Part shown: positions 42,634 through 55,058 of the stretch, one piece after another
Numbering within the stretch: position 1 is the first letter of the stretch
Layout of the letters: every line of letters begins with the position of its first letter
NCBI GenBank assembly: GCA_964654205.1
Contig: CAZZHR010000001.1
Span: forward strand, 131,953 to 187,037
Reading direction: 5' to 3'
From: an uncultured Candidatus Saccharibacteria bacterium
GTDB taxonomy: Bacteria; Patescibacteriota; Minisyncoccia; Phycocordibacterales; UBA2100
Length of the DNA stretch: 55,085 bases
Program-made: the position numbers and the translations under genes
Notes under the pieces: generated by a model
Seen by the model: only the letters and a program-made list of their open reading frames with translations
Database searches by the model: none
What the model was told of the DNA's origin: nothing

Positions 42634-44316
42634 ATGGCGGTACCCTCTGCAGCACCGGCACAGACGGAAACACCTGTGCGCGCATTAGGCGACCTCAAAG
42701 TCCCATACGAAGTACTCAAATACATACCGGAAGAATCGGCGGAGCACTATAGGATGGGGCCGATCGCCGTTGCCGACGGAGTTCTCGAGGTCGGCATGGT
42801 AGACCCGGACAACATTCAGGGGATTGATGCGCTCAACTTTATCTCCCGAGCGACCGGCGTCCCGTACAAGACCTTCGCCATATCGCAGCAGGACTTCGAG
42901 AAAATCCTCTCGATGTACCGTGGTTTGCGAGGGGAAGTGGACAGGGCAGTCTCCGATTTACAGACGGAGCAGCACGCGAATCCTTTGCCGAAGTCGGACA
43001 GCGACACGGTAGCGGTAGATCTCGAGGACCCGACGATATCCAAATCGGTGGGTGAAAAAGAGAACATCCAGGAGGATGCCCCCGCAATCAAGATAGTCTC
43101 AACGATACTCCGGTACGCGATAGACGGCCAGGCGTCCGACGTGCACATAGAGCCGCTCCCTACAGGCGTACGCGTCCGGTACCGCGTCGACGGCGAATTG
43201 CATACGAGCGTGGTACTGCCGCCACAGACACACCGGGCTATCGTCGCTCGTATCAAAGTGCTCTCGAGCATCCGCCTTGATGAAAGGCGCAAACCGCAGG
43301 ACGGCCGTTTCTCAGCAAGCATCGACAACCGACAGATCGACTTCCGCGTCTCAACATTCCCTTCGTACAACGGTGAAAAAGTCGTGATACGCATCCTCGA
43401 CAGAAAACAGGGGTTTATCCCGCTCGACCAAATAGGTCTGACCGACAGGAACCTCAAAGTGATGAGAGAGGCCATTCAAAGGCCGCATGGGCTCATTCTC
43501 ATCTCCGGTCCCACCGGCAGCGGTAAGTCGACGACGCTCTATTCGATGCTCGCTGAACTGGATCGTGAGCACAAGAACGTACTCTCGCTCGAGGATCCGA
43601 TTGAGTACTTCGTAGACGGAATCATACAGTCGCAGGTGCATCCCGAGATAGGGTACACATTTGCAACCGGGCTCCGCACGACGCTCCGCCAAGACCCCGA
43701 TGTCATCATGGTCGGTGAAATACGAGACGGCGAGACGGCGAAGCTTGCCATTCAGGCTGCGCTTACTGGACATCTCGTGTTATCGACTATTCACACCAAC
43801 GACGCCGTCGGCACGATACCGCGACTCATCGATATGGGCGTCGAGCCGTACCTGATTCCACCCGTGCTCATCCTCTCGATAGCGCAGCGTCTCACCCGAA
43901 CGTTCTGCGATGGCGGCGCGCAGGAATTCGAACTTTCGGCGAGTGAGAGAAAGATTATAGAAACAGACATGTCGAGCCTGCCCGCGCAGTACCGCTTTCC
44001 AATACCGAATGTGGCGTACGAACCCCAGCGCACACCGACGTGTCCCACAGGTCTCCGGGGGCGTATGGCAGTCTTCGAGCTCATGGAAATGTCCTCGCAG
44101 CTTGAGCGCATTGTGCTCGAAAACCCCGTTGAGTCGAAATTGTGGGATACGGCACGAGCGCAGGGAATGCTGACCATGCGCGAGGATGCTATGATGAAGG
44201 CGTTCGAGAAAAAGATCCCGTTCTCTGAGGTCAACAACTTGAGCAGAACGATGCTCGTGGGTGATCCAATAGAAGTAGAAGAAGCGTCGGCGCCCCCGCG
44301 ACAAAAAGACATATGA
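42634..44316 (+). CDS. pilB: Type IV pilus assembly ATPase PilB (GspE family)
   Basis: Walker A GPTGSGKST, Asp box, Walker B and His box (LVLSTIHTND), plus an N-terminal GSPII_E_N-like domain. Confidence 0.92.
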   Translation: MAVPSAAPAQTETPVRALGDLKVPYEVLKYIPEESAEHYRMGPIAVADGVLEVGMVDPDNIQGIDALNFISRATGVPYKTFAISQQDFEKILSMYRGLRGEVDRAVSDLQTEQHANPLPKSDSDTVAVDLEDPTISKSVGEKENIQEDAPAIKIVSTILRYAIDGQASDVHIEPLPTGVRVRYRVDGELHTSVVLPPQTHRAIVARIKVLSSIRLDERRKPQDGRFSASIDNRQIDFRVSTFPSYNGEKVVIRILDRKQGFIPLDQIGLTDRNLKVMREAIQRPHGLILISGPTGSGKSTTLYSMLAELDREHKNVLSLEDPIEYFVDGIIQSQVHPEIGYTFATGLRTTLRQDPDVIMVGEIRDGETAKLAIQAALTGHLVLSTIHTNDAVGTIPRLIDMGVEPYLIPPVLILSIAQRLTRTFCDGGAQEFELSASERKIIETDMSSLPAQYRFPIPNVAYEPQRTPTCPTGLRGRMAVFELMEMSSQLERIVLENPVESKLWDTARAQGMLTMREDAMMKAFEKKIPFSEVNNLSRTMLVGDPIEVEEASAPPRQKDI

Positions 44317-44711
44317 CCGATGAAAAGAAAGCCAAGGTGTTGCTTGTCGATGACGATAAGTTTTTGCTTGATATGTACGCCATGAAATTCGCACAGCAGG
44401 GGTATGAGGTGCAATCGTCGCTCTCGGGCACCGATGCGGTTGCACAGCTCAAGCAAGGATACGCGGCCGACGTCATCATCTTTGATCTCATCATGCCCGA
44501 GTGCGACGGGTTCCAATTCTTGCAGGATGTGCGCGAAAGCAAGCTTGCGGACAATGCCCTCAAAATTGCGCTTACCAACCAAAGTACGGATGCGGAGAAG
44601 ACGAAGGCCAAAGAACTCGGCGCCGACGAGTTTATCGTAAAGGCGACCATGATCCCTTCGGAGGTTGTCAACACGGTGGATTCGATGCTTTCGAAGCGAA
44701 AGACGTCATAA
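44313..44711 (+). CDS. Response-regulator receiver protein embedded in the pilus cluster
   Basis: VLLVDDD...DVIIFDLIMP...K is a CheY-like fold. It overlaps the pilB stop by 4 nt. Confidence 0.85.
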   Translation: MTDEKKAKVLLVDDDKFLLDMYAMKFAQQGYEVQSSLSGTDAVAQLKQGYAADVIIFDLIMPECDGFQFLQDVRESKLADNALKIALTNQSTDAEKTKAKELGADEFIVKATMIPSEVVNTVDSMLSKRKTS

Positions 44712-44828
44712 TAGAAGTATGCCCGAACACACGAAACGTCATGGTACGCACTGCGAATCTACGTTGCGGATTCTTGATGTGAAATATTTTGATGACTCAT
44801 TAGCACATAGCCGCGGCATACGAAAGCT

Positions 44829-45911
44829 ATGCCGTTTCGTGTGACGGGTATGGACTACGCAACTCTTCTAAAAAAATACATCAATATCGTGGTCAACGAG
44901 GGCGCATCGGACTTGCACCTCTCAGTCGGGGCCCACCCTACACTCCGCGTAGCCGGCGTACTCTCGCCGATGCTGAAGGAAGATGTGCTCAAACCGGAAG
45001 ACACAAAAGGTTTCGTAAGTGCCATGCTTACGCCCGAGCAGCAAAAACAGTTTGAGGCGGCACAGGAAATGGACTTCGCCTACCAGACCGAAGACAATAA
45101 CCGATTCCGAGGCAACGCGTTCGTGCAGCGCGGTTCGATCTCTATCGCACTGCGCCTGATACCGAAAAAAATCCGTACCATCGCGGAGCTAAACCTCCCG
45201 GAGGTACTCACTTCCTTCGCGAGGCGTAGTCAGGGCTTCTTCCTCGTGGTAGGCCCCGTGGGACAAGGGAAGACGACCACACTCGCGGCGCTCGTAGACC
45301 TCATCAATACCGAGCGCATGGAACACATCGTGACCATCGAAGACCCCATCGAGTACGTGTTCGAGCCGAAGCAGTCGCTCATCGACCAGCGAGAGGTACG
45401 CATCGATACTAAGGATTTCGCGACCGCGCTTACCTCCGCATTCAGACAGGATATCGACGTGCTTCTCGTGGGGGAGATGCGCGATGCTGAGACGACCGCA
45501 GCGGCCGTGTCTGCCGCCGAGACGGGGCATCTCGTGTTCTCCACCCTTCACACGAACAATGCTGCGCAGACCGTCGACCGCATCATTGATATTTTTCCCG
45601 CAAGCCAACAAGACCAGATTCGTCTCCAGCTTGCCTCTTCGCTCGCGGGCATCTTCTCGCAGCGCCTGATTCCGCGTATCTCCGGCGGTCAAATTCCCGT
45701 GTGCGAACTTCTCATCAACAACAAGGCAGTTGCAAACCTCATCCGCGAGAAGCGCACGCACGAGATAAACACGGTCATCGAGACATCCTCGCAGGACGGC
45801 ATGATAGACATGAACAGAAATCTCGCGGAACTCGTCGCTCGCGGCGAGATTACGACAGAGACCGCGTACCAATATTCGCTCAACCCGAATGCCCTTGAAA
45901 AGCTGATGTAG
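44829..45911 (+). CDS. pilT: Twitching-motility (retraction) ATPase PilT
   Basis: ASDLHL..G..P..R, Walker A GPVGQGKTT, LVGEMRD and LVFSTLHTN. Alternative start at 44850. Confidence 0.92.
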   Translation: MPFRVTGMDYATLLKKYINIVVNEGASDLHLSVGAHPTLRVAGVLSPMLKEDVLKPEDTKGFVSAMLTPEQQKQFEAAQEMDFAYQTEDNNRFRGNAFVQRGSISIALRLIPKKIRTIAELNLPEVLTSFARRSQGFFLVVGPVGQGKTTTLAALVDLINTERMEHIVTIEDPIEYVFEPKQSLIDQREVRIDTKDFATALTSAFRQDIDVLLVGEMRDAETTAAAVSAAETGHLVFSTLHTNNAAQTVDRIIDIFPASQQDQIRLQLASSLAGIFSQRLIPRISGGQIPVCELLINNKAVANLIREKRTHEINTVIETSSQDGMIDMNRNLAELVARGEITTETAYQYSLNPNALEKLM

Positions 45912-45912
45912 T

Positions 45913-47121
45913 ATGGCCGTCTTTAATTACACGGCTCTTGATAGTCAGGGCAATGAAAGACAGGGTACGATAGATGCCGTAACGCAGGACGTCGCCATCA
46001 CAGCGTTGCAAAGGCGCGGGCTCATCGTTTCGTCCGTCTCTCCCGCGGCTTCAAAGGCGGTACTCGACACGCGCATTTCTTTCACTGAACGCATTACGAA
46101 TGCGGACGTAGTCATGCTCTCGCGGCAGATGACGACTCTCTTTGAAGCGCAGGTCTCCGCGCTCCGGGCGTTCCGACTCCTCGCGGCGGAAGCGCGGACT
46201 GTCTCAATGGGGGAAAAGCTCACGGAGATTGCGAACGACATCCAGAGCGGGAGCACGATATCTGCCGCGCTCTCAAAACACCCGCGAGTGTTCTCCTCAT
46301 TCTACGTAAATATGGTGCGTGCGGGCGAAGAGTCGGGCAAGCTCGATGAGACGTTCGCCTTCCTTGCCGACTATCTCGACAGAAACTACGAGATAGCCCA
46401 GAAGGCGCGCAACGCGCTCATCTACCCTGCATTCATCATGGTCACGTTTATCGCCGTGATGATACTCATGCTTACGCTCGTCATCCCGAACCTCTCAAGC
46501 ATGCTCGCAGAATCAGGTCAGGCCATACCGATTTATACGAAAGTCGTTATCGCGCTGAGCGAATTCTTCCGGCAGTATATCGTTCTCATCCTCGTCATCC
46601 TCGTCATGGGAGGCATATTTCTCATCCGCTATGGGCGAACCAACGCAGGCCGGGAGCTTTTTTCCCGGGCGCGACTTGAGGCTCCTGCTGTCGGCTCTAT
46701 TTACCAGAAGATTTATCTTTCTCGACTTGCGGACAATCTCTCGACAATGCTCAAGAGCGGCATACAGATACTCCGCGGGCTCGAGATAACAGCGAACGTA
46801 GTGGAAGATGCGACGTACGAACGCATCCTGACCGCAGCAGCAGCCGATGTGAAGGCGGGTCTGCCCGTATCCGAGGCGCTCCGCAAGCATCCCGAGATAC
46901 CCGGCATCATGGTGGCCATGATGAAGATCGGCGAGGAGACCGGAAACATGGGGCAAATTCTCGAGACGATAGCGCGTTTCTATCGTCGTGAGGTCAACAA
47001 CGCAGTCGACACACTCGTGGGACTCATCGAACCTCTCATGATTGTCTCACTCGCAGTAGGTGTGGCCGTGCTCCTTGCATCGGTGCTCATTCCTATCTAC
47101 AACATCGCTTCAGGATTCTAA
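45913..47121 (+). CDS. pilC: Type IV pilus platform protein PilC (GspF family)
   Basis: Two T2SSF repeats, polytopic, about 400 aa. Confidence 0.9.
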   Translation: MAVFNYTALDSQGNERQGTIDAVTQDVAITALQRRGLIVSSVSPAASKAVLDTRISFTERITNADVVMLSRQMTTLFEAQVSALRAFRLLAAEARTVSMGEKLTEIANDIQSGSTISAALSKHPRVFSSFYVNMVRAGEESGKLDETFAFLADYLDRNYEIAQKARNALIYPAFIMVTFIAVMILMLTLVIPNLSSMLAESGQAIPIYTKVVIALSEFFRQYIVLILVILVMGGIFLIRYGRTNAGRELFSRARLEAPAVGSIYQKIYLSRLADNLSTMLKSGIQILRGLEITANVVEDATYERILTAAAADVKAGLPVSEALRKHPEIPGIMVAMMKIGEETGNMGQILETIARFYRREVNNAVDTLVGLIEPLMIVSLAVGVAVLLASVLIPIYNIASGF

Positions 47122-47213
47122 TTTCTTGTTATCCACAGAGCGGCGCTCCAGAAGCCGCATCCGAGATACAATTGTCTTACTTACTAGAACAGAAGTTTAT
47201 TTATAATGACATT

Positions 47214-47669
47214 ATGATGAAAACTAACGCACGTGGCTTCACGCTCATCGAGCTCCTTGTCGTGATAGCCATCATTGGCATTCTCTCGTCGGTCGTGCTG
47301 GCGTCGCTCAACAGCGCCCGCGAAAAAGGACGCGACGCGCGCCGTATTGCAGACATCAAGCAGCTTCAGCTCGCGCTTGAGCTCTACTACGACGCCAACG
47401 GCAGCTATGCTTCAACTACGGCGGGTTTGGTCGGTCCCTACATTGCGGCTATTCCGGTGGATCCCCTTACCGGCAATCCCTACGACTACGCCGGTCTCGG
47501 CAGCGGCGATACCTGCACAAGCTACCACCTCGGTACGACGCTTGAGCAGGATAGCCATTCTGCGCTCGACGGAGACAACGACTTCAATTCGACCGGCGCT
47601 GGAAAGTGCACGGGTGGAGGTGATGGTTTTGATGGAACAGCAGCCGCTGTTTACGACGTCAGACCGTAA
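47214..47669 (+). CDS. Major type IV pilin (prepilin)
   Basis: MMKTNARG|FTLIELLVVIAIIGIL is the class III signal peptide, with G-1 and E+5. TATAAT lies 6 nt upstream of the ATG, and a strong hairpin follows the gene. Confidence 0.85.
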   Translation: MMKTNARGFTLIELLVVIAIIGILSSVVLASLNSAREKGRDARRIADIKQLQLALELYYDANGSYASTTAGLVGPYIAAIPVDPLTGNPYDYAGLGSGDTCTSYHLGTTLEQDSHSALDGDNDFNSTGAGKCTGGGDGFDGTAAAVYDVRP

Positions 47670-47693
47670 AGGATTCGCTCGTATCTGTGCGAT

Positions 47694-47724
47694 ATGCAAA
47701 CGGCACGAAAGTGCCGTTTTGCAT
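47694..47724 (+). terminator. Hairpin terminator or attenuator after the major pilin gene
   Basis: ATGCAAACGGCAC-GAAA-GTGCCGTTTTGCAT. Confidence 0.55.
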
Positions 47725-47825
47725 GTGTATTACGACTCCTGTATACCGCGAATGTTGTAAACGTCTGCTGCGCGATGTGTGCAGTCGAACAGATGATCCG
47801 TTCGGGAGCAGGCGGGGTATACTAC

Positions 47826-48650
47826 ATGGCAATGTTCCCCCTGCTTGCGTTCTTTTTTGGGACAATCGTCGGAAGCTTTCTCAATGTCATGGTCATGCGG
47901 CACGGCGCGAAGCCGGTCACAGGCCGCTCCGCGTGCCTTTCGTGCGGTTACCGAATCCCGTGGTATGACAACGTGCCCATTATCTCCTGGTTCGCGTTGG
48001 GGGGGCGTTGCCGCCACTGCGGGAGCCGCATATCGATCCAATACCCACTCGTCGAGGCGCTGACCGGTGTTCTTTTTGTGGCGGCAGCGTTCACCCTCCT
48101 ACCGCTCCATGGCACGATGAGTCTTCAAGACGTTCTCGTACTCATACTTTATGGGGTAGTGACATCTCTTTTCGTGGCGATAGCGGTGTACGACATACGA
48201 CACACGATTATCCCCGACGCGTGGGTGTACATCGCATCTCTTGTCGCTCTCACGATTGTGCTTACGACGAGTTATGCTGCGCCGTACCTCACACTCCTCT
48301 CGGGTCCCGCCGCTGCACTACCGCTCTTGGTCTTGTGGATAGTCTCGAGGGGTGCGTGGATGGGTCTCGGCGATGTGAAGCTCGCACTCGCCATAGGATG
48401 GATGCTCGGCCCCTTGTACGGGGTAGCAGCCGTATTTCTCGCGTTCGTCATCGGTGCATTCGTGAGTCTCTTCATACTTCTTCCTATGCCGCAATACCTT
48501 GCTATCCTTCGTCAGACGGGGATAGCGCGATGGCGAGTAGCGCCCGCGAGCTTTACAATGAAGAGCGAAGTGGCGTTCGGTCCGTTCCTCGTCGCTGCAT
48601 TCTTCATCGTATGGCTCGCACTTCTCTACGAAATACCGCTTCCGCTATGA
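47826..48650 (+). CDS. pilD: Prepilin peptidase PilD (A24 family)
   Basis: GSFLNV...CLSCGYRIPWYDNVPI.SW..L.G.C..C is the zinc-binding N-terminal motif, followed by polytopic A24 helices. The start is uncertain (47826 or 47832); the ORF-track start at 47694 lies inside the pilin terminator hairpin. Confidence 0.88.
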   Translation: MAMFPLLAFFFGTIVGSFLNVMVMRHGAKPVTGRSACLSCGYRIPWYDNVPIISWFALGGRCRHCGSRISIQYPLVEALTGVLFVAAAFTLLPLHGTMSLQDVLVLILYGVVTSLFVAIAVYDIRHTIIPDAWVYIASLVALTIVLTTSYAAPYLTLLSGPAAALPLLVLWIVSRGAWMGLGDVKLALAIGWMLGPLYGVAAVFLAFVIGAFVSLFILLPMPQYLAILRQTGIARWRVAPASFTMKSEVAFGPFLVAAFFIVWLALLYEIPLPL

Positions 48651-49216
48651 TGCGGAGAGTACGTGCGCGCGGGTTCACTCTCATCGAAATGCTCGTTGTC
48701 ATCGGGGTCATGGCTGTCATATCGGCGCTCATCTTGGCCAACAACAACCGATTCGGTGGCGTCGTATTGCTCCAGAATCTTGCCTACGACATCGCACTCT
48801 CAATTCGTCAGGCGCAAGTGTACGGCATCGCGGTCGCACGCTTCAACGAATCCTTCGACGCAGGGTATGGCATGCATTTTCAGATAGACACCAATCCGTC
48901 GGCGCAATCCGCGTACGTACTGTTTGCCGATGTAAACGACAACGGTGTATATGACCCTCCGGGCGAGCTCGTGCAATCCACCTTTATCGCGGGCGGGTAT
49001 CGTATCGCGCAGCTCTGTGTCACGCCTGCGAGTGCGTCGGATCGGTGCGACATAACTTCGCTCGACATTCTCTTCGTCCGACCAGAGCCGGATGCGTACA
49101 TCCGGTCGCCGCAAGTCTCGGGACTCAATGAGGCAGGTTCTATCACGGTCATTTCGCCGCGAGAGGACACGAAGACTATTCGCATTTACGCGAATGGTCA
49201 GATATCTGTCGAATAG
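48647..49216 (+). CDS. Minor pilin / pseudopilin
   Basis: MMRRVRARG|FTLIEMLVVIGVMAVI. ATGA overlap with the pilD stop. The 402-aa ORF-track form overlaps pilD out of frame. Confidence 0.75.
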   Translation: MMRRVRARGFTLIEMLVVIGVMAVISALILANNNRFGGVVLLQNLAYDIALSIRQAQVYGIAVARFNESFDAGYGMHFQIDTNPSAQSAYVLFADVNDNGVYDPPGELVQSTFIAGGYRIAQLCVTPASASDRCDITSLDILFVRPEPDAYIRSPQVSGLNEAGSITVISPREDTKTIRIYANGQISVE

Positions 49217-49217
49217 T

Positions 49218-49808
49218 ATGAAAGCCACACGACGCACTCGCGGATTCACTCTGGTAGAGCTCATCGTCGCGGTGGGGCTCTTTGCCGTCGTGATGCTTGT
49301 CTCCATCGGTGCGCTCCTCTCACTCGTCGAGGCGAACCGTCGCGCACAAGCGCTTCAGTCTGTCATGAACAACCTCAACGTTGCTGTCGACGGCATGGTC
49401 CGCTCTATTCGCGAAGGTTCCAATTACTACTGCGGCTCGATACCTGTTGACCCGGACGCGACCCTCGATTGCGCCGACAATGGGGAAGAAATCGTCGCGT
49501 TCACACCATTCACCGCGGGCGTCACCGATCCCCCGCGATGGATTTATTGGTACGACCAAGACGCAAATGGGGTGGGGCGACTGTGGAAGTCCGAAGACGG
49601 TACGCTCGATGGCGGGCTGCCCATCACGTCGCCAGAGGTTTCGATAGATTCGGTCACCTTCTACGTAATAGGTTCGTCGCGAGGCGGCGGGGATGTCATT
49701 CAGCCGAAAGTGATGGTTGTCATCAAGGGAACTGCCGGGCAGAAAGTAACGTCCCGCACGAGTTTCCATATCCAGGCGACAGCGGCACAGCGTTTATTAG
49801 ACCTGTAG
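49218..49808 (+). CDS. Minor pilin / pseudopilin
   Basis: MKATRRTRG|FTLVELIVAVGLFAVV. Confidence 0.75.
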   Translation: MKATRRTRGFTLVELIVAVGLFAVVMLVSIGALLSLVEANRRAQALQSVMNNLNVAVDGMVRSIREGSNYYCGSIPVDPDATLDCADNGEEIVAFTPFTAGVTDPPRWIYWYDQDANGVGRLWKSEDGTLDGGLPITSPEVSIDSVTFYVIGSSRGGGDVIQPKVMVVIKGTAGQKVTSRTSFHIQATAAQRLLDL

Positions 49809-49844
49809 TTCGTAGAACGCAGAATGTAGCGAAATGCGCAAGCC

Positions 49845-50435
49845 ATGAAAAAAGAAAAACAACGACACTCCACGCACCACGTACCACGCACTCATGCTGG
49901 GTTCACGCTCATCGAGACGCTTGTTGCGGTTTCGTTCCTGACGATAGCGATAGTCGCGCCCATGACCCTCACACAACAGAGCCTCTCGAGTGCCTACTAT
50001 GCACGCGACCAAATAACGGCGTACAATCTTGCGCAAGAAGGCATCGAATCCGTGCGTGCTATTCGGGACGGCCAGATACTCACGATTTCACAGTCTGCAG
50101 ACGCCGAGGCGATAGACCTCTTCGGAGCCATACCCGTGAATCAGGACTTCACTATCGACGGTCTCGATACGAATCCAGAGACAGCGATGGAGACATGTTC
50201 GGGCGCATGTCCGAATTTGCAGCTCAGCCCAGACGGCACGCTGTACGGGTACGGCGCTGGCTGGACTCCGACGAAATTCATCCGTACGCTCCGCGCATCG
50301 TACGTGGGAGAATCAACTGACGAGATACAACTGTCAGTGACAGTCTCATGGCAAACAGATGCGGGGCGGATCCGTAGCTTTTCGATCTACGAGAATGTCT
50401 ACCGGTGGATTATTGACGGGAGCGCTGCCATATAA
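49845..50435 (+). CDS. Minor pilin / pseudopilin
   Basis: ...RTHAG|FTLIETLVAVSFL. Confidence 0.75.
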   Translation: MKKEKQRHSTHHVPRTHAGFTLIETLVAVSFLTIAIVAPMTLTQQSLSSAYYARDQITAYNLAQEGIESVRAIRDGQILTISQSADAEAIDLFGAIPVNQDFTIDGLDTNPETAMETCSGACPNLQLSPDGTLYGYGAGWTPTKFIRTLRASYVGESTDEIQLSVTVSWQTDAGRIRSFSIYENVYRWIIDGSAAI

Positions 50436-50437
50436 GT

Positions 50438-50995
50438 ATGAAGCAGTACGAACACAGCACGACGTACGAAAAGCGAATATCACGTCCCGCTCGTCTGCGG
50501 ACGCAGCGAGGGTTCACGCTCTTGCTCGCGGCACTCGTCGCTTCCATTGTGCTCGCTCTGGGAAGCTCGATATTCCTCATCGCACGCAAGCAGGTGACGC
50601 TCTCGTCGCTCGGTCGTGATTCGCAATTTGCGTTCTACGCCGCGGACACGGGTGCCGAATGCGCTCTCTACTGGGATATCCGACAGAGCGCATTCGGGAC
50701 ATCAACCCCGGAGACGCCGCCTCAGTGCGCTGAGCAGGTGCTCGGTGAGATTGTCACCGAAGGCGACCGTGCGACCGGGGCGCCCTACACGATTGAGTTT
50801 GAAATAGACCTATTCGTCGATGCAGACGGGCAACAAGGCACGTTCGACGATTTGGGATACTGCGCGCGCGTATCGGTGCAGAAGAACACGAGCAATCCTT
50901 TCACGGTCATCCACGCAGACGGGTATTCCACCCCGTGTGACACCATCACGACAAGCCCGCGCGCGCTGCAGCGCTCCGTACAGTTGCGGTACTGA
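50438..50995 (+). CDS. Pilin-like protein lacking Glu+5 (PilX-like)
   Basis: ...RTQRG|FTLLLAALVASIV. Last gene of the cluster. Confidence 0.55.
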   Translation: MKQYEHSTTYEKRISRPARLRTQRGFTLLLAALVASIVLALGSSIFLIARKQVTLSSLGRDSQFAFYAADTGAECALYWDIRQSAFGTSTPETPPQCAEQVLGEIVTEGDRATGAPYTIEFEIDLFVDADGQQGTFDDLGYCARVSVQKNTSNPFTVIHADGYSTPCDTITTSPRALQRSVQLRY

Positions 50996-51235
50996 TCTTG
51001 CCCAGTTACTAGAATCTGCCCTAGGCGGGCAACTACAGGTGAGGTGCAATAATCAGACGCGCGTTCATACTTCCGGGAAAGATAGGTACTCTCGCCGCGG
51101 AAAGACGACATGTCGCTTTCCGCAAGGGCAGATTGCAGTACTTGGTTTGCTATGATGGCGCCATGAATCCCGTTAGAGGCTGCGGAAGTCGTCGGTCGTA
51201 CGAACTGCCCTTCGCGAGCGAAGCTCAGCGGGTAA

Positions 51236-53616
<2,381 letters not shown>

Positions 53617-53619
53617 GAT

Positions 53620-55035
53620 ATGGATCTCTCTTCGCTCACGCTCGCATCGGCGCGCGCATCACTCGACAAGAAGGAATACTCTGCCGTCGAGCTCACTGAG
53701 GCGTATCTTGCTGAAATCGGGAAACGCGATGTGGACATTCATTCGTACCTTGAAGTATGGGCAGAATCAGCTCGCTCCGAAGCGAAATCCGCAGACGAGC
53801 GCATTGCGCGCGGCGATGCTGCGGCACTCACAGGCATTCCGATGGCCTTGAAGGACAATATTCTCATTGAGGGCAGGATCGCAAGCTCTGGGTCGAAGAT
53901 GCTGGAGCACTATGTGGCGTCGTACGACGCACATGTGACCGAGAAGCTTAAGGCGTCGGGTGCAGTCTTCCTCGGTCGCACCAACATGGACGAATTTGCG
54001 ATGGGGAGTTCGACGGAAAATTCGTCGTTTGGCCCGACGAAGAATCCTCTCGACACCTCGCGCGTTCCCGGCGGATCCTCCGGTGGATCAGCTGCTGCCG
54101 TGGCTGCGCACCTCGCGCTCGCTGCGCTCGGGTCGGACACGGGCGGCTCTATCCGCCAGCCTGCATCGCACTGCGGCATTGTGGGACTGAAACCGACATA
54201 TGGCTCGGTGTCGCGCTACGGACTCATGCCGATGGGCAGCAGTCTCGATGTCATCGGACCTCTCACGAAAACTGTGGCAGATGCACGTCTCGTGTTCGAT
54301 TCAATATGTGGGCGTGATGTGCGAGACAGCACCTCTGTCGCGGCGGATTTCTACCCTAATAATCCAGAGAGGAAAATTGTGGGTGTGCCACGCGCTTTTA
54401 TACAAAAGGGCGTCGACGCCGATGTTCTCACGCGATTTGAGGAAACTCTGAGAAAGCTGGAAGCATCCGGGTACGCAATCCGCGACGTAGAGATGCCCAA
54501 CCTTCCGTATGCACTTCCGGTGTACTACATAATCTGTCCAGCAGAAGTGTCGACCAATCTTGCGCGCTACGACGGTGTCCGGTACGGGCTCTCAGTACCG
54601 GGCGATACGGTGGGCGAGATGTACGAAAAATCACGTGCGGCGGGCTTTGGCGCAGAAACACGAAGACGCATCATCATTGGCACATTCGTACTCTCTTCCG
54701 GCTATGCGGAGGCGTACTACCGCAAGGCACGGGCCGTGCGCGAGCTCGTGCGACGGGACTTTGTACAGGCGTTTGGGACGGTTGACGCGATAGCTATGCC
54801 TACCGCACCCGGGCCGGCCTTTAAACTCGGAGAGAAAACGAACGACCCGCTCGCGATGTATCTCGAAGACATCTACAGCGTGACGGCAAATCTTGCTGGC
54901 ATCCCTGGTATTTCCGTCCCATCGGGCACTGTTGAGCGCGAAGGGAAGGCACTGCCAGTCGGATTCCAGTTGCTTGCGCCGCATGGGGGCGAAGAAACTT
55001 TGTTTGCAATCGGTTCTGAAATCGAGAGGATGTAG
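53620..55035 (+). CDS. gatA: Asp/Glu-tRNA amidotransferase subunit A (amidase)
   Basis: The amidase signature GGSSGGSAAAVAA and the Ser-cisSer-Lys context. Confidence 0.95.
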   Translation: MDLSSLTLASARASLDKKEYSAVELTEAYLAEIGKRDVDIHSYLEVWAESARSEAKSADERIARGDAAALTGIPMALKDNILIEGRIASSGSKMLEHYVASYDAHVTEKLKASGAVFLGRTNMDEFAMGSSTENSSFGPTKNPLDTSRVPGGSSGGSAAAVAAHLALAALGSDTGGSIRQPASHCGIVGLKPTYGSVSRYGLMPMGSSLDVIGPLTKTVADARLVFDSICGRDVRDSTSVAADFYPNNPERKIVGVPRAFIQKGVDADVLTRFEETLRKLEASGYAIRDVEMPNLPYALPVYYIICPAEVSTNLARYDGVRYGLSVPGDTVGEMYEKSRAAGFGAETRRRIIIGTFVLSSGYAEAYYRKARAVRELVRRDFVQAFGTVDAIAMPTAPGPAFKLGEKTNDPLAMYLEDIYSVTANLAGIPGISVPSGTVEREGKALPVGFQLLAPHGGEETLFAIGSEIERM

Positions 55036-55058
55036 TTTTTTCGGGATATAATTCCGTC

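Noticed and set aside
48008-48646. N-terminal 213 aa of the 402-aa ORF 48008-49216
   Set aside because: This part overlaps pilD in another frame and is Arg-rich nonsense. The true gene is the minor pilin starting at 48647, with a G|FTLIE signal.
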